From Chthoniobacteraceae bacterium (GTDB taxonomy: Bacteria > Verrucomicrobiota > Verrucomicrobiia > Chthoniobacterales > Chthoniobacteraceae), in NCBI GenBank assembly GCA_031409655.1, contig JANNXQ010000276.1:1-36890 (forward strand): a DNA stretch of 36,890 bases, written 5' to 3'. A model generated the notes under the pieces. That model saw only the letters and a list, made by a program, of their open reading frames with translations, had not been told where the DNA came from and did not search any database. Below are positions 1 to 8,617 of the stretch, in pieces; within the stretch, counting starts at the first letter, position 1; each line of letters starts with the position of its first letter. The position numbers and the translations under genes were made by a program.

Positions 1-136
1 GAGCTTTGGGAACTCAGCCGCGCCGCGCCCAAGGCTCTGACCCGAGTCCGGAAGGTGAAGCGTTGTCTGCGCGCCTTCTGGATCCAATCGACTCTTAACC
101 TCGATGGACTATGAACCTTTTTTGGAATGCTCAGTA
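1..136 (+). mobile_element. 3' end of a probable IS630-family transposase (CDS fragment 1..114) and possible right end of the element
   Basis: Frame 1 reads ELWELSRAAPKALTRVRKVKRCLRAFWIQSTLNLDGL* (TGA 112-114). This resembles IS630-type C-termini (LW.LS..A..AL.R......AFW). It is followed by ...GGAATGCTCAGTA ending in TA, the IS630 target dinucleotide. Partial, at the window edge. Confidence 0.5.
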
Positions 137-357
137 GTGTGCTGGATTTTCTGTTGTCGAAAGAGACAACCTTGAGTGGACTCTTCCGAATGACCGGTCG
201 TAAGAGCGGGACTGGGCCAGATATGCCGCCCACGCAAACCACAGAGCCGTCCAACGCAGAAACGGGTGGCAATACCTTCCGGCACGCTTAACCGAAAGAC
301 CCAAGCCGGCGAACGAACCACGCCGACTGGGTATTGCGGATTGCCCAATGCCCGCGG

Positions 358-596
358 TTACCGATTGCGATGCCGGGCGCGATGCTCACGGACGGCTTCG
401 GCGATCTTTTCCTCGGTGATCTTGCCGGTGCGCCAGTCTTCCGCCATCTCGCGGCCAACTCGTCGGCCAAGCGCCGGGCTTCGAGCATCAGCAAGGTCTT
501 GCGCACTGCTTCCAGTTCCTCTGGGTTGCATTTGTCGATGCGTTCGTGCAAGAGCGGGCGCAGTTCCTTCGGGTCGGTCGTGGCGAGCTTGATCAT
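358..596 (-). pseudogene. Small helical hypothetical protein (antitoxin-like), broken by a 1-nt frameshift near 455
   Basis: MIKLATTDPKELRPLLHERIDKC...RRLADEL (ORF 288..614) continues naturally as GREMAEDWRTGKITEEKIAEAVREHRARHRNR* in the frame of ORF 358..900 if one G is restored (TTG GC CGC to TTG GGC CGC). Confidence 0.55.
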
Positions 597-649
597 GATT
601 CGACGGTGCCACAATCGGGCGACTTCGCCAAGGTGGGAGTGACCGTCGT

Positions 650-829
650 CTATTTCCGAAGCTGCCCCTCCAGCTCCGCAATCCGCGCCTTCCGCGGCGC
701 GACGGCGTGTTCCACCTCCGCCTCGGTGAAGCGCGGGGTGATGGATTGCGGGCAGTTCCAGTCGAAGTCCGCGAAGCCGAGCTGACGTGGGCCGAGCACG
801 CGGAGGAAACCGGCGGGGCCGCCACGATG
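650..829 (-). pseudogene. Internally deleted partial duplicate of the PNPOx-like gene at 1422..2060
   Basis: HRGGPAGFLRVLGPRQLGFADF|DWNCPQSITPRFTEAEVEHAVAP matches two separate blocks of 1422..2060. 710..767 is identical to 1527..1584 (58 nt). Confidence 0.85.
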
Positions 830-836
830 GCCCGAT

Positions 837-1115
837 TCAAACGCAGCGCAGAAACTTTTGCACTTCGTCGTGGTCCCCAGCCATGACAAACATCAGGCAA
901 TCGGCGCGGTTTTGGAAAACCAATCGGATGTCCAGTCCCACGCGGATTTCAAAAAAACTTCCCGTCAGCTTGCGGATACCCAGACCGCGATGCCTGTGCG
1001 GGTGACCGAAATCCTTTTCCAACTGTCGCAATGCCAGTCCGATTTTATGGCGAGTCGCTTTGGGATAAGCCCGGACCCGCCCGCGAAACACCCCGCTTAA
1101 ATCCAGCGGTTTCAA
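837..1115 (-). CDS. RelE/ParE-superfamily toxin
   Basis: 92 aa, basic, with GIRKL..FFEIRVGLDIRLVF...GDHDEV pattern. The TTG start overlaps the antitoxin stop. Confidence 0.75.
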   Translation of the reverse strand: MKPLDLSGVFRGRVRAYPKATRHKIGLALRQLEKDFGHPHRHRGLGIRKLTGSFFEIRVGLDIRLVFQNRADCLMFVMAGDHDEVQKFLRCV

Positions 1116-1390
1116 TCCGTCAGATCCTTTTCCAGATTGCCGGAAAAGCGTTTGACCTTTCCGCGTTTCCTCTCGGAGGAAATCTGCTTTTCCATCCGTT
1201 TCTCAAAGCGCGCCAGTTCCTCCGGCGTCGCGCCATACTCGCGCCATGCGTAATCATCGGACGAGACGGTCACGGGGCGCAACGCCACGATCTGGTCGCC
1301 GGACACGATGCCGATGTCCTCGCCCCGCTTGGCTTTTTCGAGCAATGCGGAAAGATTGGCCCGGGCCTTGGTGATTGTGAGCGTCGTCAT
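1112..1390 (-). CDS. Phd/YefM-family antitoxin
   Basis: N-terminus MTTLTITKARANLSALLEKAKRGEDIGI is the Phd/YefM signature. Translationally coupled to the downstream toxin. Confidence 0.8.
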   Translation of the reverse strand: MTTLTITKARANLSALLEKAKRGEDIGIVSGDQIVALRPVTVSSDDYAWREYGATPEELARFEKRMEKQISSERKRGKVKRFSGNLEKDLTD

Positions 1391-1396
1391 ATCGTC

Positions 1397-1425
1397 TATT
1401 TAGAGACCTTTATGTATCCTGTCAA
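1397..1425 (-). promoter_or_regulatory. Sigma70-type promoter of the TA pair, possibly leaderless
   Basis: TTGACA (1425-1420), 17-nt spacer, TAAATA (1402-1397), then 6 nt to the ATG at 1390. Confidence 0.5.
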
Positions 1426-2060
1426 ACGGTGTCGGGCCGGCTGCCTGCGCTGGCCGCATCAGGCGCGGTGCTGCGAAGCTGCGCCTCCAGCTCCGAAACC
1501 CGCGCCTTCAGCGGAGCGACGGCGTTTTCCACCTCCGCCTCGGTGAAGCGCGGGGTGATGGATTGCGGGCAGTTCCAGTCGAAGCTCACGACTTCAATGA
1601 GGAAGAGACGCTCGATTTTGCTGCGCAGTTCGGGTGTGGGGGTGAGTTGGTCGGCGAGGGCGGAGTGTTCGCGGGCGTCGAGGACTTGGGCGTCGCCGAG
1701 GATTTTCAGGCGCTCGCGATTCGGGTAGTCCATGAGGAAGAGCGCGACGCGATCGTCGCCGTCGAGGTTGCCGGTGGTGAGCATCTGGCAGTTGCCTTTG
1801 AAATTCGCGCAGCCGAGCTGGTGCGGGCCGAGCACGCGCAGGAAACCGGCGGGGCCGCCGCGGTGCTGGAGGTAAGGCCAGCCGTCGCTGTTCGTCGTGG
1901 CCATGTAGAAGCTGTCGCGGCGCGCGATGAAGGCGGCTTCGTCGTCGGTGAATGGGTCGCGCTCGGGCGCGCTGGCGACGGCCTGATGTTTGCCAAAATA
2001 ACGCTCTTGCGCGGCCTGGACGGCGGGCGTGAGCACGAGTTGCATGAATTTCTCGGCCAT
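1422..2060 (-). CDS. Pyridoxamine 5'-phosphate oxidase-like FMN-binding protein
   Basis: FIARRDSFYMAT...GWPYLQHRGGPAGFLRVL...VALFLMDYPNRERLKILG...FDWNCPQSITPRF family motifs. Confidence 0.9.
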   Translation of the reverse strand: MAEKFMQLVLTPAVQAAQERYFGKHQAVASAPERDPFTDDEAAFIARRDSFYMATTNSDGWPYLQHRGGPAGFLRVLGPHQLGCANFKGNCQMLTTGNLDGDDRVALFLMDYPNRERLKILGDAQVLDAREHSALADQLTPTPELRSKIERLFLIEVVSFDWNCPQSITPRFTEAEVENAVAPLKARVSELEAQLRSTAPDAASAGSRPDTV

Positions 2061-2074
2061 GGCGTGGGAGAAAA

Positions 2075-2506
2075 TTACGCCGTGCGCTCCCAGCGGAATT
2101 TCCGCTCCGTCTCGGCGATGGGCTGGTCGTTGATGCTCGCGTAACGCTTCGCCATGGTGCCGTCGGCGTCGAACTCCCAGTTCTCATTTCCGTGGGCGCG
2201 CCACCATTGGCCGGCGTCGTCGTGCCACTCGTATTCGAAGCGCACGGCGATGCGATTGCCGGTGAACGCCCACAGCGTTTTGCGCAGGCGATAGTCGTGT
2301 TCCTTCGCCCATTTGCGGCGGAGAAAAGCGACGACTTCCTCGCGGCCGTGCAGGAATTCGGCGCGATTGCGCCACTCGGTGTCGGGCGTGTAGGCGAGCG
2401 AGACGCGCTCGGGGTCGCGCGAATCCCAGGCGTCCTTGGCGAGCTGCACTTTCTGGCGCGCGGTCTCTTCGGTGAATGGCGGGAGCGGTGGGCGTGGCGT
2501 GATCAT
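2075..2506 (-). CDS. DUF1348 / NTF2-like (SnoaL) protein
   Basis: RPPLPPFT...WRNRAEF...[35 protein letters not shown]...RYASIND. Confidence 0.9.
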   Translation of the reverse strand: MITPRPPLPPFTEETARQKVQLAKDAWDSRDPERVSLAYTPDTEWRNRAEFLHGREEVVAFLRRKWAKEHDYRLRKTLWAFTGNRIAVRFEYEWHDDAGQWWRAHGNENWEFDADGTMAKRYASINDQPIAETERKFRWERTA

Positions 2507-2518
2507 GGTCTTGAAAAA

Positions 2519-2962
2519 TTACGCTGCGCCTCCGAAGCTCACGTGGTCGTCAGCGTCGAGGTAGTCCATGATGGTCTGCAGGTCGGTGCGTGCGGGATTG
2601 ATGCGCCTCGCCTGCGCGGCGAACCACTCGAGATCCTCGGCCTCGCCCACGGGCATCGTTTCGAGCCAAGCGGACCACCAGCGGATTTCGTGCGGCGCGC
2701 GTTTCGGCGACGCGTTCGCATTCACCCAGAGCAGCAGCACCCAATCGCCCGCGCCCGTCTTCACCTGCTCGAGGAGCGCGTCCTGCGAGATGCCGGTGAA
2801 GGCGAAAAAGTGCTGGTCCATCGGGTTGCCGTATTTGTAATCGTTGGCCTTGCCGGTGAGCGAGGCGCGGGCTTTGTCGAGCACGCGCGGGAGCATGGCG
2901 TAGCCGCCAAGGCGAACGCGCGGGCTGCGGGGCGGACGTTGAGTGAGGTCGAGTGTGTTCAT
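2519..2962 (-). CDS. DUF5069-domain protein
   Basis: DLTQRPPRSPRVRLGGYAMLPRVLDKARA...Y...PMDQHFFAFTGI motif. Confidence 0.8.
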   Translation of the reverse strand: MNTLDLTQRPPRSPRVRLGGYAMLPRVLDKARASLTGKANDYKYGNPMDQHFFAFTGISQDALLEQVKTGAGDWVLLLWVNANASPKRAPHEIRWWSAWLETMPVGEAEDLEWFAAQARRINPARTDLQTIMDYLDADDHVSFGGAA

Positions 2963-2998
2963 GATGTGGTTTCGTTTTTTGGTGAATGGAGTGGTGGA

Positions 2999-3132
2999 TT
3001 AGTGGGCGCAGCCGCAGCCGGCGGTGGTGCAGGTCTCGGCGGCGGCGGGTTCGAGTTCGCCGGGCTTCACCTCGGGGAAGTCGATGACGGTGCGCGCGAC
3101 GTTGTTCGTGTAATTGGTGAGAATGTTCAGCG
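2999..3132 (-). pseudogene. 3' remnant of an AhpD/carboxymuconolactone decarboxylase-family gene (absent from the ORF track)
   Basis: Reads LNILTNYTNNVARTVIDFPEVKPGELEPAAAETCTTAGCGCAH* (TAA 2999-3001), matching the LN..TNY.N.VA.T.IDFP C-terminal motif. Upstream sequence is unrelated and reaches a stop with no ATG. Confidence 0.7.
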
Positions 3133-3296
3133 TCTTCGGCACACGAAGCGTCGTGACATCAACATCGAATGACCAACCGGATTTTGGCGGGTGATGATCG
3201 TCGTGGAAGGCGTGAGCGCGTTCACGAAAAACACAACCTGCCGCTCGCTGATCGCTGCATCGTTAACGCGGAATTCGCGTGGAGGCTTGATCCGCC

Positions 3297-4103
3297 TCAG
3301 TCGCCTTTGGCGAGGAACTCGATGATGTCGCGGATTTCCCGCTTGCTGAGCACCGCTCCGAAATGCGCTGGCATGGGGCTGGGCAAAGGAGTGCGCTCGG
3401 CGATTTCCGCGGTCTTGAGCTTGCGCTTCTTGCCATCGACCACCGACGTGATGGTCAATTCGTCGGGATTCTCCGCGCTGATCACGCCGGATATTTCCTC
3501 GCCGCCCTTCAGCTTCAGCAAGGCGCTTTGATAGCCCACCGCCATGGTCGCAGCGGGTTGGATGAGCGATTCGAGAAGGTGGATCCGGTCGGTCGAATTG
3601 CGGAGCCACGTCAACTCGGGACCGATCTGGCCACCTTTGCCATCCACCGCGTGACAGCGGACACAGCCGGCTTCCGGCTTTTGATTGAAGATCGTGCCGC
3701 CCGCATCGCCGTCACCGCCTTCGAGGCACTCGCGGAAGCGCGCGACGGGATCTTTCGTCTTCGCCAGTTCGCGCTCGCGCTCCGCGAGCAGGGCTTGGAG
3801 CGCGGCATTGTCGCGCTTTGCCGCCGCCTCGAAAAGATCGAGCCACAGGGCGAGCGGAAGCTCCCCGGCGCGATACCGCGCAAATTGCGCGAGTAATACT
3901 TTGTCGGCCTCCGGATCCGTCTGCGCAGCCAGCCGCGCGAACGCGTTTTGTTTCGCCCGGGGCCGCCCGTTCTCGAGCACCGCGATTTCGTCGGCGACGG
4001 TCCGCGAAGGCGGAACCTGGTCCGCATGGGTCGGCGCGCCCGGAACCAGCGCGAGCAAGGCGCAAAGGATAGGCAGCGTGCTTCTCATGAGACTCATGAT
4101 CAT
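3297..4103 (-). CDS. Exported c-type heme-binding protein (Pirellula/Verrucomicrobium-type heme-binding domain)
   Basis: Signal peptide, CVRCH heme motif, GGQIGPELT...LLESLIQP...SPMP (Met ligand). Confidence 0.85.
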   Translation of the reverse strand: MIMSLMRSTLPILCALLALVPGAPTHADQVPPSRTVADEIAVLENGRPRAKQNAFARLAAQTDPEADKVLLAQFARYRAGELPLALWLDLFEAAAKRDNAALQALLAERERELAKTKDPVARFRECLEGGDGDAGGTIFNQKPEAGCVRCHAVDGKGGQIGPELTWLRNSTDRIHLLESLIQPAATMAVGYQSALLKLKGGEEISGVISAENPDELTITSVVDGKKRKLKTAEIAERTPLPSPMPAHFGAVLSKREIRDIIEFLAKGD

Positions 4104-4123
4104 GCGCCCGCCTGCGAGGGAAG

Positions 4124-4408
4124 TCAGCCCACGATCTCCGCGAATTCCTTGTCGGTGAAGGCCTGCAGGGTCTTGGTGCGAACGTTGCCGGCGGCGGCGA
4201 GCAGGGTCAGCAAATGCAGGGCTTTTTTTTCACTATCGGCGCGGATGATGATCACGCCGTCGTAGGCGCCGATGGTCCAGTATTGGGCTTCGACTTTCAC
4301 GCCGGCCTTCTTCGCCATGGCGTTGAAGTGATGTGCGCGTTTGGGGGATTCCTTGATGTGCTCCGCGCCTTTTTGGGTGAAGCGGAGGAGGGCGATGTAG
4401 TGGCTCAT
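4124..4408 (-). CDS. GYD-domain protein
   Basis: MSHYIALLRFTQKG...YWTIGAYDGV...GNVRTKTLQAF. The ATG at 4408 is preferred over the longer ORF start. Confidence 0.85.
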   Translation of the reverse strand: MSHYIALLRFTQKGAEHIKESPKRAHHFNAMAKKAGVKVEAQYWTIGAYDGVIIIRADSEKKALHLLTLLAAAGNVRTKTLQAFTDKEFAEIVG

Positions 4409-4470
4409 AGTGGTGTTCTTTCGGTTGGTGAGTTTCGACCGCATGTTACCCAAAGCTTTTTAGGCGGGCT

Positions 4471-4484
4471 TTGACTTGCGTCAA
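4471..4484. promoter_or_regulatory. FNR/CRP-family-like box upstream of the GYD operon
   Basis: cTTTGAC-TTGC-GTCAAAg perfect inverted repeat. On the minus strand TAACAT (4448-4443) lies 22 nt downstream. Confidence 0.65.
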
Positions 4485-4524
4485 AGTGGCGGCAAGTGCG
4501 GCTCCGCGAAACCCATGGTCATCT

Positions 4525-7500
4525 TCACTGCTGGGTCTGGCGAGCAGGTGAAGTTGCTTCTTTTCCGTCCAGCACTTCCTTCAAGGTCGCGCTCAGGGAC
4601 ACGATGGTGAAGGGCTTTTGCAGGAAGCTCGCGAGACCTTTGCCGGGGAAACGCAGCAGGGCTTCCTGCGCGTTGAAGCCGCTCATGAGCACGACGCGCA
4701 CATCGGGGCGGAGGCGGCGCAGTTCGGTGAAGGTCTGCTCGCCATCCATGTGCGGCATGGTCAGGTCGAGCAGCACGAGAACGAATTTGTCCGGCATCAT
4801 CCCGAAGATCTCGATGGCATCGCGCCCATCACACGCGAGCACTGGTTCCAAGCCGATGATGCGCATCATCCGCGAGATCGTGCTACGCATCGTCTCCTCA
4901 TCATCCACGACGAGCACCATCCCTTTGGCCTGCCAACCCACACTGGCCGCGGGACGCGCCGCGGCGGTCTCACTGGCGCCAGCCGCTGCGGGAAAGAGCA
5001 GCTTGAAGGTGGTGCCGCGACCTACTTCGGAATAGACCTTCATCGCGCCCTTGTGCCCGCGCACGATGCCGAGCACGACGGCGAGCCCGAGACCGCGGCC
5101 GGTGAACTTCGTGGTGAAAAATGGATCGAAAATGCGCGCCTGCGTTTCGGCGCTCATGCCGCAGCCGCTGTCGGAGACTTCGAGGAAAACGAAATCGCCT
5201 TCCGGCAGATCCGGATCCATGAGCGTGCCGCGAAGGTAATGGCGATCCACGCGCGTGAGACCGGTGGAAATGCTGATCACGCCGCTCGCGTCGCCGATCG
5301 CCTCGGAGGCGTTGATCACCAGGTTCATGATGACCTGCCGCATCTGCGTCGCGTCCACCTCGACCGGCGGGAGTCCTTTTTCGAGGCGATAGCGGAGGAC
5401 GGCTTTTTTGCTGATCGAGATCTGCAGCATCTGCGCGGTCTGCTCCACGAGTTCGCCGAGGTTGAGCTTCTGGACGACAAAGCGGCCGCGTCCCGAGTAG
5501 GCGAGCATCTGTTTGCAGAGGTCCGCGGCGCGCAGCGAGGCTTCGTTGATTTGCTCCAGGCAATCCTGCGCGGGCGAGCCCGGCGGCAGTTCGATTTGCG
5601 CGATGCTGGCATTGCCGAGGATGGCGGTAAGCAGGTTGTTGAAATCGTGCGCGATGCCGCCGGCGAGCACGCCGAGGCTTTCGAGCTTTTGCGTCTCCTG
5701 CATTTTCCGATCGATTTGCTCGCGCTCGATTTTCGCCTGCCGGGCGGCGGTGATGTCCTGGATGAAACCATCGATGGCGAGTAGCGCGCCGTCCTCCGTA
5801 TAGACCCCGGAGGCGCGCTCGACGACCCAGCGCTCACGGCCGTTCCGATCGAGGATGCGATATTCATTCTGGCACGGCGTGCGGGCGTCGAGTGAGGCCT
5901 GGCACTTGGCCCAGAGCCAGTCGCGGTCATCCGCATGGACGAGATCTCCGTAGGCAACGCTGCGATTGTTTTCCAGCTCGTCGCGCCGGTAGCTGGTGAC
6001 GGCCTCGCAGCCCTCGCTCACGTAAGACATCGTCCAGTTCGGATCATTGAGGCAGCGGTAGGCCATGCCGGGAAGGTTGCTGACCAGCGTTTGCAACCGA
6101 ACCTGACTTTCCTGCAAAGAGTGCAGCAAACGAGCGCGCTCCTCCTCGGCCCGCTTGCGCTCGGTGACGTCCACATTCGTGCCGACATATCCAATCACCT
6201 TGCCATCCGGGGCGAGAATGGGCGCGGCCGTTCCATAAACCCAAGTCACGCGGCCCGCTCGATCGTCGAAACGATATTCAAATCCCCAAGTCCCACCGCT
6301 CTCGACAGACCGCTTCCATAGCTCACCGATCGACGTCCGGTCTTCCGCGTGCAGTGCGTTCAGCCAGCCGTGGCCCGCCGCTTCCGCGGGCGTCATGCCT
6401 GCCGCCTCGCACCACCTGCGGTTCACATAGATGCACTCGCCATTTTCATCGGTGAGGTAGATCAGGATCGGGGCACTCTCAGTCAGCGTGCGGAATTGCG
6501 CCTCGCTCTTTCGCAGCGCCGCCTCGGCTTTCTTGCTCTCCGAGATGTCGAAGACGAGCACGAAGAAACCGGTGACCGCGCCGCCTTCGCCCCGGCGCGG
6601 CACATACTGCACGTCGAGCCAGTAGCTCTTCCCGTCGGGACCGGTCGGATGGGATTGGTAGCGGACGGTCTGCCCGCCGAGCGCGGTGCGGACGTGAGGC
6701 TGCATCTCCGCGTAGGCCGCAGCTGGCTGCACGTCGCAGAGGCGCTCGCCGATGACCTGCGCGGCGGACCGGCCGAAGTATTCCTCGTAGCGCTTGTTCA
6801 CCAGCCGGTAGCGCTCCTCCGCATCGACGTAGGAAATGTAAGCCGGGACCGTGTTGATGAAGAGGTCCAGCGTGGAAAAGCTGCGCTCGAGTTCGGCTTC
6901 TGCCGCCTTCCGCTGGGTAATGTCGCGCGTGATTCCCAGGACACCGATGATTTCGCGCCGGGCGTTGCGATACGGCACCGCGTGCGTCTCCAGCCAGCGC
7001 CGCGTGCCTTTGAGCCCGACCACGGCAAACTCGCAGCGCCCGGTGCCACCCTCCAGCGCCTGCCGGTGCGCCGCGGCAAAGGCGGCGCGATCCTCTGGCA
7101 CGACGAGATCACTCACCGGCAAGCCGCGCACTTCGTCCAGCGAGCAGGCCTCGATCATCGCGAGCCCCGCCGGGTTCATCTCGAGCAGCTTGCCGTCGGG
7201 CGAGAGTAATTTCACGCACTCCGGTTCCAGCTCGATGATCGTGCGCAGATGCTCCTCGCTCTGGGAAAGTGCGAACTCCGCCTGTTTGCGTTTGGTGATA
7301 TCGCGCTGGATGGCGAGGAAGCCGGTCATCACGCCGCTCTCGTCGCGCACTGGCGAGATGAGCAGCGCATTCCAGAAGGTCGTGCCGTCTTTGCGATAGT
7401 TCACGATCTCGCCGTCGAAGAAGCCGTCGGCATGCACCGCAGCCTTCAGCTTTTCCACCGTCGCCGGATCGGTCTCGGGTCCTTGGAGAAGCGCGCAGCT

Positions 7501-8520
7501 TTTTCCCTGCAACTCCGCTTCGGTGTAGCCCGTGAGCTTGGTGAAGCCGTGATTCGCGTAAGTGATCCGCCGATCGAGCCCGGCGAGGAGCACGCCGAGC
7601 GAGACGTCGCTGAGCGCCTGCTCGAAGAGCCGCTGAATGCCAACACTCTGCCGGCGCCTCGTATTCAGCGCGGAGATCAACCAGCCGAGCACCGCGCTGG
7701 TCGCCATGAAGAGCCAGAGCAGCACCACGTCTTGAACCGCATCCGCGCGGTAGAAAGGGCCGCTCTGGGTCGCCGTGCCATAGGCCGCGATCGCCGAGAG
7801 GAGGATGAGCCCGAGTGACGTGCCGACCGGACCGAAACGCAGCGCGGCCCACGCCACATAGGGCAGCGGGATAAAGGCGAGCGCGAGCGCCTGACCCGGC
7901 GCCGCGCCGCGGTTCGCGACGAAGACGGCCCACGTCGTCAGGCCAGTGGCCGTGATCCAAATCAGGAACTCTCCCCGGCGGCGCAGGATCGCCCGCACTT
8001 CCGCCAGGGTGAAGGTGAGGACGAGTGGCGCGGCGGCGATCACTCCGAGCGCATCGCCACCCCACCAAGTGAGCCACGCATGCGCGAACGTCCCCGGCTT
8101 CAGCGGGCCAACGACGGCGAGGGTCGCCGCTCCGAGACCGGAAGACACCAGCATCCCGAGAGCCGCGGCCGCCGCGAGCAGGAGGATGTCGCGCGAGCGA
8201 TCGAAGGCCGGATGAAACTTGAGCCGCCGCAAGACCCACGCGGCGAGCAAAGGCCCCAGCGTATTTCCCACCGCGATCCCCAGCGCCACCGGCCACGACG
8301 TGCCGACCGCCAGATTCACCGCGACCGCCCCGAGCGCGATGCCCGGCCAGCAGCCAAATCCCCACCGCAGCAGCGCGGCCACCGCGATCCCCGTGGGCAG
8401 CCAGATGAGCGTGACATTCGAACCGAAGGCGGGAAGCATCAACCCGAGCCGCCCGGTCGCGAAGTAGGCGAGAGCGAGGAGAAGGGTAACGGCCGGGGGA
8501 ATCCGGATGGGTTGACTCAT
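4525..8520 (-). CDS. Hybrid sensor histidine kinase: MASE1, LOV-like PAS, 4 further PAS, HisKA, HATPase, REC
   Basis: MASE1 membrane region (IWLPTG...WWGGDALG), repeated PAS/PAC units ending in DIT/DVT/DIS, H-box GGIAHDFNNLL, FDPFFTTKFTGRGLGL, REC motifs VVDDE / LLDLTMP / QKPF. Confidence 0.92.
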   Translation of the reverse strand: MSQPIRIPPAVTLLLALAYFATGRLGLMLPAFGSNVTLIWLPTGIAVAALLRWGFGCWPGIALGAVAVNLAVGTSWPVALGIAVGNTLGPLLAAWVLRRLKFHPAFDRSRDILLLAAAAALGMLVSSGLGAATLAVVGPLKPGTFAHAWLTWWGGDALGVIAAAPLVLTFTLAEVRAILRRRGEFLIWITATGLTTWAVFVANRGAAPGQALALAFIPLPYVAWAALRFGPVGTSLGLILLSAIAAYGTATQSGPFYRADAVQDVVLLWLFMATSAVLGWLISALNTRRRQSVGIQRLFEQALSDVSLGVLLAGLDRRITYANHGFTKLTGYTEAELQGKSCALLQGPETDPATVEKLKAAVHADGFFDGEIVNYRKDGTTFWNALLISPVRDESGVMTGFLAIQRDITKRKQAEFALSQSEEHLRTIIELEPECVKLLSPDGKLLEMNPAGLAMIEACSLDEVRGLPVSDLVVPEDRAAFAAAHRQALEGGTGRCEFAVVGLKGTRRWLETHAVPYRNARREIIGVLGITRDITQRKAAEAELERSFSTLDLFINTVPAYISYVDAEERYRLVNKRYEEYFGRSAAQVIGERLCDVQPAAAYAEMQPHVRTALGGQTVRYQSHPTGPDGKSYWLDVQYVPRRGEGGAVTGFFVLVFDISESKKAEAALRKSEAQFRTLTESAPILIYLTDENGECIYVNRRWCEAAGMTPAEAAGHGWLNALHAEDRTSIGELWKRSVESGGTWGFEYRFDDRAGRVTWVYGTAAPILAPDGKVIGYVGTNVDVTERKRAEEERARLLHSLQESQVRLQTLVSNLPGMAYRCLNDPNWTMSYVSEGCEAVTSYRRDELENNRSVAYGDLVHADDRDWLWAKCQASLDARTPCQNEYRILDRNGRERWVVERASGVYTEDGALLAIDGFIQDITAARQAKIEREQIDRKMQETQKLESLGVLAGGIAHDFNNLLTAILGNASIAQIELPPGSPAQDCLEQINEASLRAADLCKQMLAYSGRGRFVVQKLNLGELVEQTAQMLQISISKKAVLRYRLEKGLPPVEVDATQMRQVIMNLVINASEAIGDASGVISISTGLTRVDRHYLRGTLMDPDLPEGDFVFLEVSDSGCGMSAETQARIFDPFFTTKFTGRGLGLAVVLGIVRGHKGAMKVYSEVGRGTTFKLLFPAAAGASETAAARPAASVGWQAKGMVLVVDDEETMRSTISRMMRIIGLEPVLACDGRDAIEIFGMMPDKFVLVLLDLTMPHMDGEQTFTELRRLRPDVRVVLMSGFNAQEALLRFPGKGLASFLQKPFTIVSLSATLKEVLDGKEATSPARQTQQ

Positions 8521-8617
8521 GAAGTGTTCGGGAGAAAAGCGAGCGACCTCAAGGGTCTAACAGCGCGCTCTCCGGCTTCACAAGAAGCGATCCCGCCGCC
8601 CGCGGCGTCGCTGCACG

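Noticed and set aside
109..348. Toxin gene partnering the frameshifted small protein
   Set aside because: No PIN, RelE or other recognisable motif in the frames I read. The region abuts the IS end.
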